DNA of 64,000 bases from NCBI RefSeq assembly GCF_009914755.1, contig NC_060937.1. The stretch is one strand, 5' to 3'. The notes beneath the pieces are model-generated. The model did no database searches. It was not told where the DNA came from and saw nothing but the letters and a program-made list of their open reading frames with translations. The position numbers and the translations under genes were made by a program. Shown one piece after another: positions 56,223-64,000 of this stretch (its first letter is position 1; the number at the start of each line of letters is the position of its first letter). The DNA comes from the human T2T-CHM13v2.0 reference genome, Homo sapiens.

Positions 56223-56849
56223 AGATCTCCCTTCTTTCCTAAGTCTGAAGGAGTCAAAAAAGCTGTGAATAGGGGAAGAAGAGAAATATTCATCATGCCC
56301 TTTTTTCCTTCCCATTTCAGCTTTCTCAGCCTGGAGAGGTGATGGGAGTAGGAAAGAAGATTTAAAGTCAATGAAATCTGAAGTTCAGACATCACACATA
56401 TTAGATTGGATGTATAGAAACTTGAAAAGAGATAGTTCATTAACTGATGGTGATCAGACAAATTTTAAGAATGCCTGAAATTTTATCCAAGGCATGAGTG
56501 TTTGCTGTGGAGTGAACAAATAGAATTATTTTCTACCTACACCCTACCATGCCCAATTCTCTCCACATGGGTGTAGGTGGTCTGTGTGCATTTGCAATAT
56601 GCCGTAAGTGTGCATGACAAATAAGTCACTTTATGGGGTTTGCCAGAATATTGCCCTGGTAGGGAATCAATTTTAGCCACTTAAATTCAATCAGGAAGAG
56701 CTCAGAAATTAGTTCTGAGAGAAAATAAACAAAATATAATCTTAAACATGGGTTTTTTATTTGCTTTTAGAAAATTCTTTGGCTTATTTATGACATTGGT
56801 TTTCCCTAACTCTTTTTATTTTTTCTTTCAGGAAGTCTTAAGATTATTT

Positions 56850-58200
56850 TTATTCCAATTTTTAATTTTGAAAAATTTAAATATATTGAAGCATGGAAAG
56901 AATATCCTATGAATATGCATATGCGCTATATTTGATGCAACAATTGTCAAACTACTGCAAATATTTTATATCTATATCCATTGCATTACATATTTTTATC
57001 TACATCAATTTGGCTGAATAATTTGGATGATGTTATGATGCACCTCTTCAGCATGAATTTCCTAAGAACGAGGCCATTCTCCCAGTTTACCACAACACCA
57101 TTAAGGCACTGAGGAAAGTAATATTATTGATATAATAGTATTATCTGATATGCATTACATATTCAAAGTTGCTCAATTTGTCCCTATAACATCCATTATG
57201 TTTTTCCCATTTGAAAATCCAATCAAGGACTACGTATTGCATTGGTAGTTATATTTCTTGTTGTCTTTTACTCTCTAGTAGTTTCTTCCTCTTAACTGAA
57301 AAATTTTAAAAGTTCCAGCCAGTTATTTTGTAGAATGACCCTCAATTGAATTTGCTTGATTCTTTCCTCATGAATAGATTCAGATTAAATATTTTTAACA
57401 CAATATTTTATAGGTGATGTTGGTGCTTCTCAGTGCATCGCATCAGGAGGCAAGTATTGTTTGTTTCTTATGTTATTGGTGATATTAGATTTGATCACTT
57501 GGTTAATGTAAAGTATGCTAGATTCTTTACTAAAAAGGTAACTTTGTGGCTCGGTCCTTAATAAGTACAGTAAGTAACACTTTGAGAATGTGTAAAAGTT
57601 ACACTTTGAGAATATATAAATATTCTGTACTCTAGCAAGTTTTTCCCCAAAGGTTTCAGCACCCATTCATGATCTTTGCCTAAATCAATTATAAAATTTG
57701 TGACTGCAAAATGGTGATTATTTTTCTAATTCTACATTTCTATTAGATATATCAACACTCATACTTCAATAAAGAATATTCCCTCTCTCCCTTCTCTTTT
57801 GCATTGTGTTTTTTGTTTGTTTGTTTGTTTTACCATGACTACGGACTCATGAATTATTTTTAATTAAATGTGTTATATTCATTACCATCATCATTTTTTG
57901 AGTGCCTAATTGTCCCCAAGTTGGCCAACAGGGGGCCTCTTCATATTGGTTCTGGTGTACTTTTGATATATTTCCATCAGTTTTCAAGCCCTTCCTTACT
58001 TATAGACACAACATACTGCTGGCTCAACATGTAATTTCTTGCCACACATGAGAAATTAACCATTTACTGCAAAATTCCAAGTGTCTTTTAGGAAGAAATG
58101 TCAATTTCAAGCCAAGATCTGGGTACAAGGTATGCTGATTGCTACTGGGGAATCAGTAATGTTCATTGGCATTTTCAGTAGATTATGCTAAGAAATATGT
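56850..58200 (-). mobile_element. L1MC4/5-type 3' end
   Basis: TTCCTAAGAACGAGGCCATTCTC, CCAGTTATTTTGTAGAATG, TCAGTGCATCGCATCAGGAGGC, CCAAGATCTGGGTAC. Confidence 0.7.
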
Positions 58201-58980
58201 CCTTTTAAAAATAAAACTTTTTAAAAGAGGGTAAATCTTTGATTTTAGTTAATATTTCAATTATTAGAAAACAATTACCATATCCCACACTTTTTAAAAA
58301 GCTATCCTATTTCATCATTTATGTGGTAGGGCAAAGTAATGTACTTGTATTCACCATGATCTATTAGAATCTGAGTTCCTTGAGGAAAGTTCAGTAGTAC
58401 TATTCATTCATTTCTTTATTTATAGTGTATTCATTTATCCACCATATTTTTCATGTTCATGCTGCATGGGGGTGAAGGCAGAATAGTAAGTTTCCAGAGG
58501 AAGCGAAGTCATTAAGAATAACTTGGATCTTCAGGATGGTTAGTACATAGTTATCCAAAGAAAGAAGAAAAAGATATATAGGAGGTAATAAGAAGAGAGT
58601 GCCATGGCTTCTGGCATGCATGAGTGAGCACAGATCCCACTGCCACCACCCTGATGAAGTGCTTTGAACAACACCATCCATCGGAGTGTCGTTGCCAGTG
58701 GACTGAAAACACCTTGGCCCCTATAGTACAGCAGGTTCCTAACCTCAAGGGGCCACATAACAAAGTTGGGGGCCTAGTATCAGCCCTCCAAAATTATAAC
58801 ACACAGACTAGGAATGCTAAACTGAACGTTAGTCCCCTGAAATCTTTCAGAAATTAACCCAGTCAACTGAACCTCTGATATGCTGTAATCAAGCCCCAAA
58901 GTATGTAAAAGAAGATAAAAACAAAAAACCCATCCAAAGAATGGCAACTTCAAAGCTTGAAGAAACATCAATCTATACAG

Positions 58981-59990
58981 ATGAGAAAAAAATCAGTGCC
59001 AGAACTTTGGCAACTAAAAAAGCCAGAGTGTCTTCTTACCTCCAAATGACTGCACTAAGTCCTCAGCAACAGTTCTTAACCATGCTGAAATGGCAGAAAG
59101 AATAGAAATAATATTCAGTATGTGGATAGGAACAAAGATCATTGCCATTCAGGAAAAAGTGGAAACCCAATCCAAGGAATCTAAGGAATACAATAAAATG
59201 ATACAGGAGATAAAAGACAAAATGGCTATATTAAGAAAGAACTGAACTGATCTGATACAGCTGAAAAACTCACTTCAAGAATTTCATAATACAGTCACAA
59301 ATATTGACAAGAGAAGTAAACAAGCTGAAGAAAGAATCTCAGGGATCAAAGACTGGTTCTCTGAAATAATGCAGTCAGACAAAAATAAAGAAAATACAGT
59401 AAAGAAGACTGGGTAAAACCTCTGAGGTGTCTGGGATTATGTAAAGAGACCAAATCTATGACTCATTGGCATTTCTGAAAGAGAGGGAATGAAAGCAAGA
59501 AACTTGGAAAACATATTTGAGAATATAATTAATGAAATTTCCCCAAACTCACTAGAGAGGCCACCATTCAAATCCAGGAAATGCAGAGAACTCTCCACAA
59601 GATACCATACAAAATGGTAATACCAAGACACATAGTCATCAGATTCTCCAAAATTGAAATAAAAGAAAAACGGTTAAAGACAGCTAGAAACAAGGGGAAG
59701 GTCACCTACAGAGGAAACCTCATGAGGCTAATAGTGTAACTTTCAACAGAAATCCTACAAGCCAAAAGAAAATGGAGGCCCATATTCAGCATTCTTAAAG
59801 AAAAATTTCAGCCAAGAATTTATTATCCAGCCAAACTTAGCTTCATAAGTGAAAGAGTAATGAGATCCTTTTCAGACAAGCAAACGCTGAAGGAATTCAT
59901 TACCATCATACCTGCCTTACAAGAGGCTCATAATGGAGTGCTAAATGTGGGAAGACCATTACCGGCCACAACAAAAACATACTTAAGTAT
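58981..59990 (+). pseudogene. Dead L1 ORF1
   Basis: GGGATTATGTAAAGAGACCAAATC and CATAGTCATCAGATTCTCCAA are ORF1 hallmarks. No intact frame. Confidence 0.75.
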
Positions 59991-60047
59991 ATAGACCATT
60001 GATGCTATAAAGCAACCAAACGATCAACTCTAAGAACTAACAACAAA

Positions 60048-63990
<3,943 letters not shown>

Positions 63991-64000
63991 GCCTTTATCC

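Overview
Human (at least primate) non-coding genomic DNA, AT-rich and dominated by interspersed repeats. An AluYa5 carrying all five diagnostic bases points to Homo sapiens. I found no credible protein-coding exon, RNA gene or CpG island. The recognisable ORFs are Alu, L1 or LTR reading frames, and the rest have no support as genes. Contents: about 14 Alus (J, S, Y, Ya5); several L1s (a ~5.4-kb L1PA15/16-like copy running off the right edge, a 3.8-kb L1PA13-like copy whose 5'UTR is fused directly to ORF2, an inverted L1PA8-like copy, short L1PA2 and L1PA5/6 3' ends, old L1M relics); about 18 LTR pieces (MER9, THE1, MST, MLT1, LTR50, MER89-like); L2 and MIR relics; MER5A; and Tigger3. Family names come from remembered consensus sequences, not a database search. 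I see no new biological system. The most notable items are a young AluYa5, a SpIRE-like L1, a four-level TE nest, a nested AT-rich quasi-palindrome, a near-adjacent inverted Alu pair and a possible ancient integrase relic.
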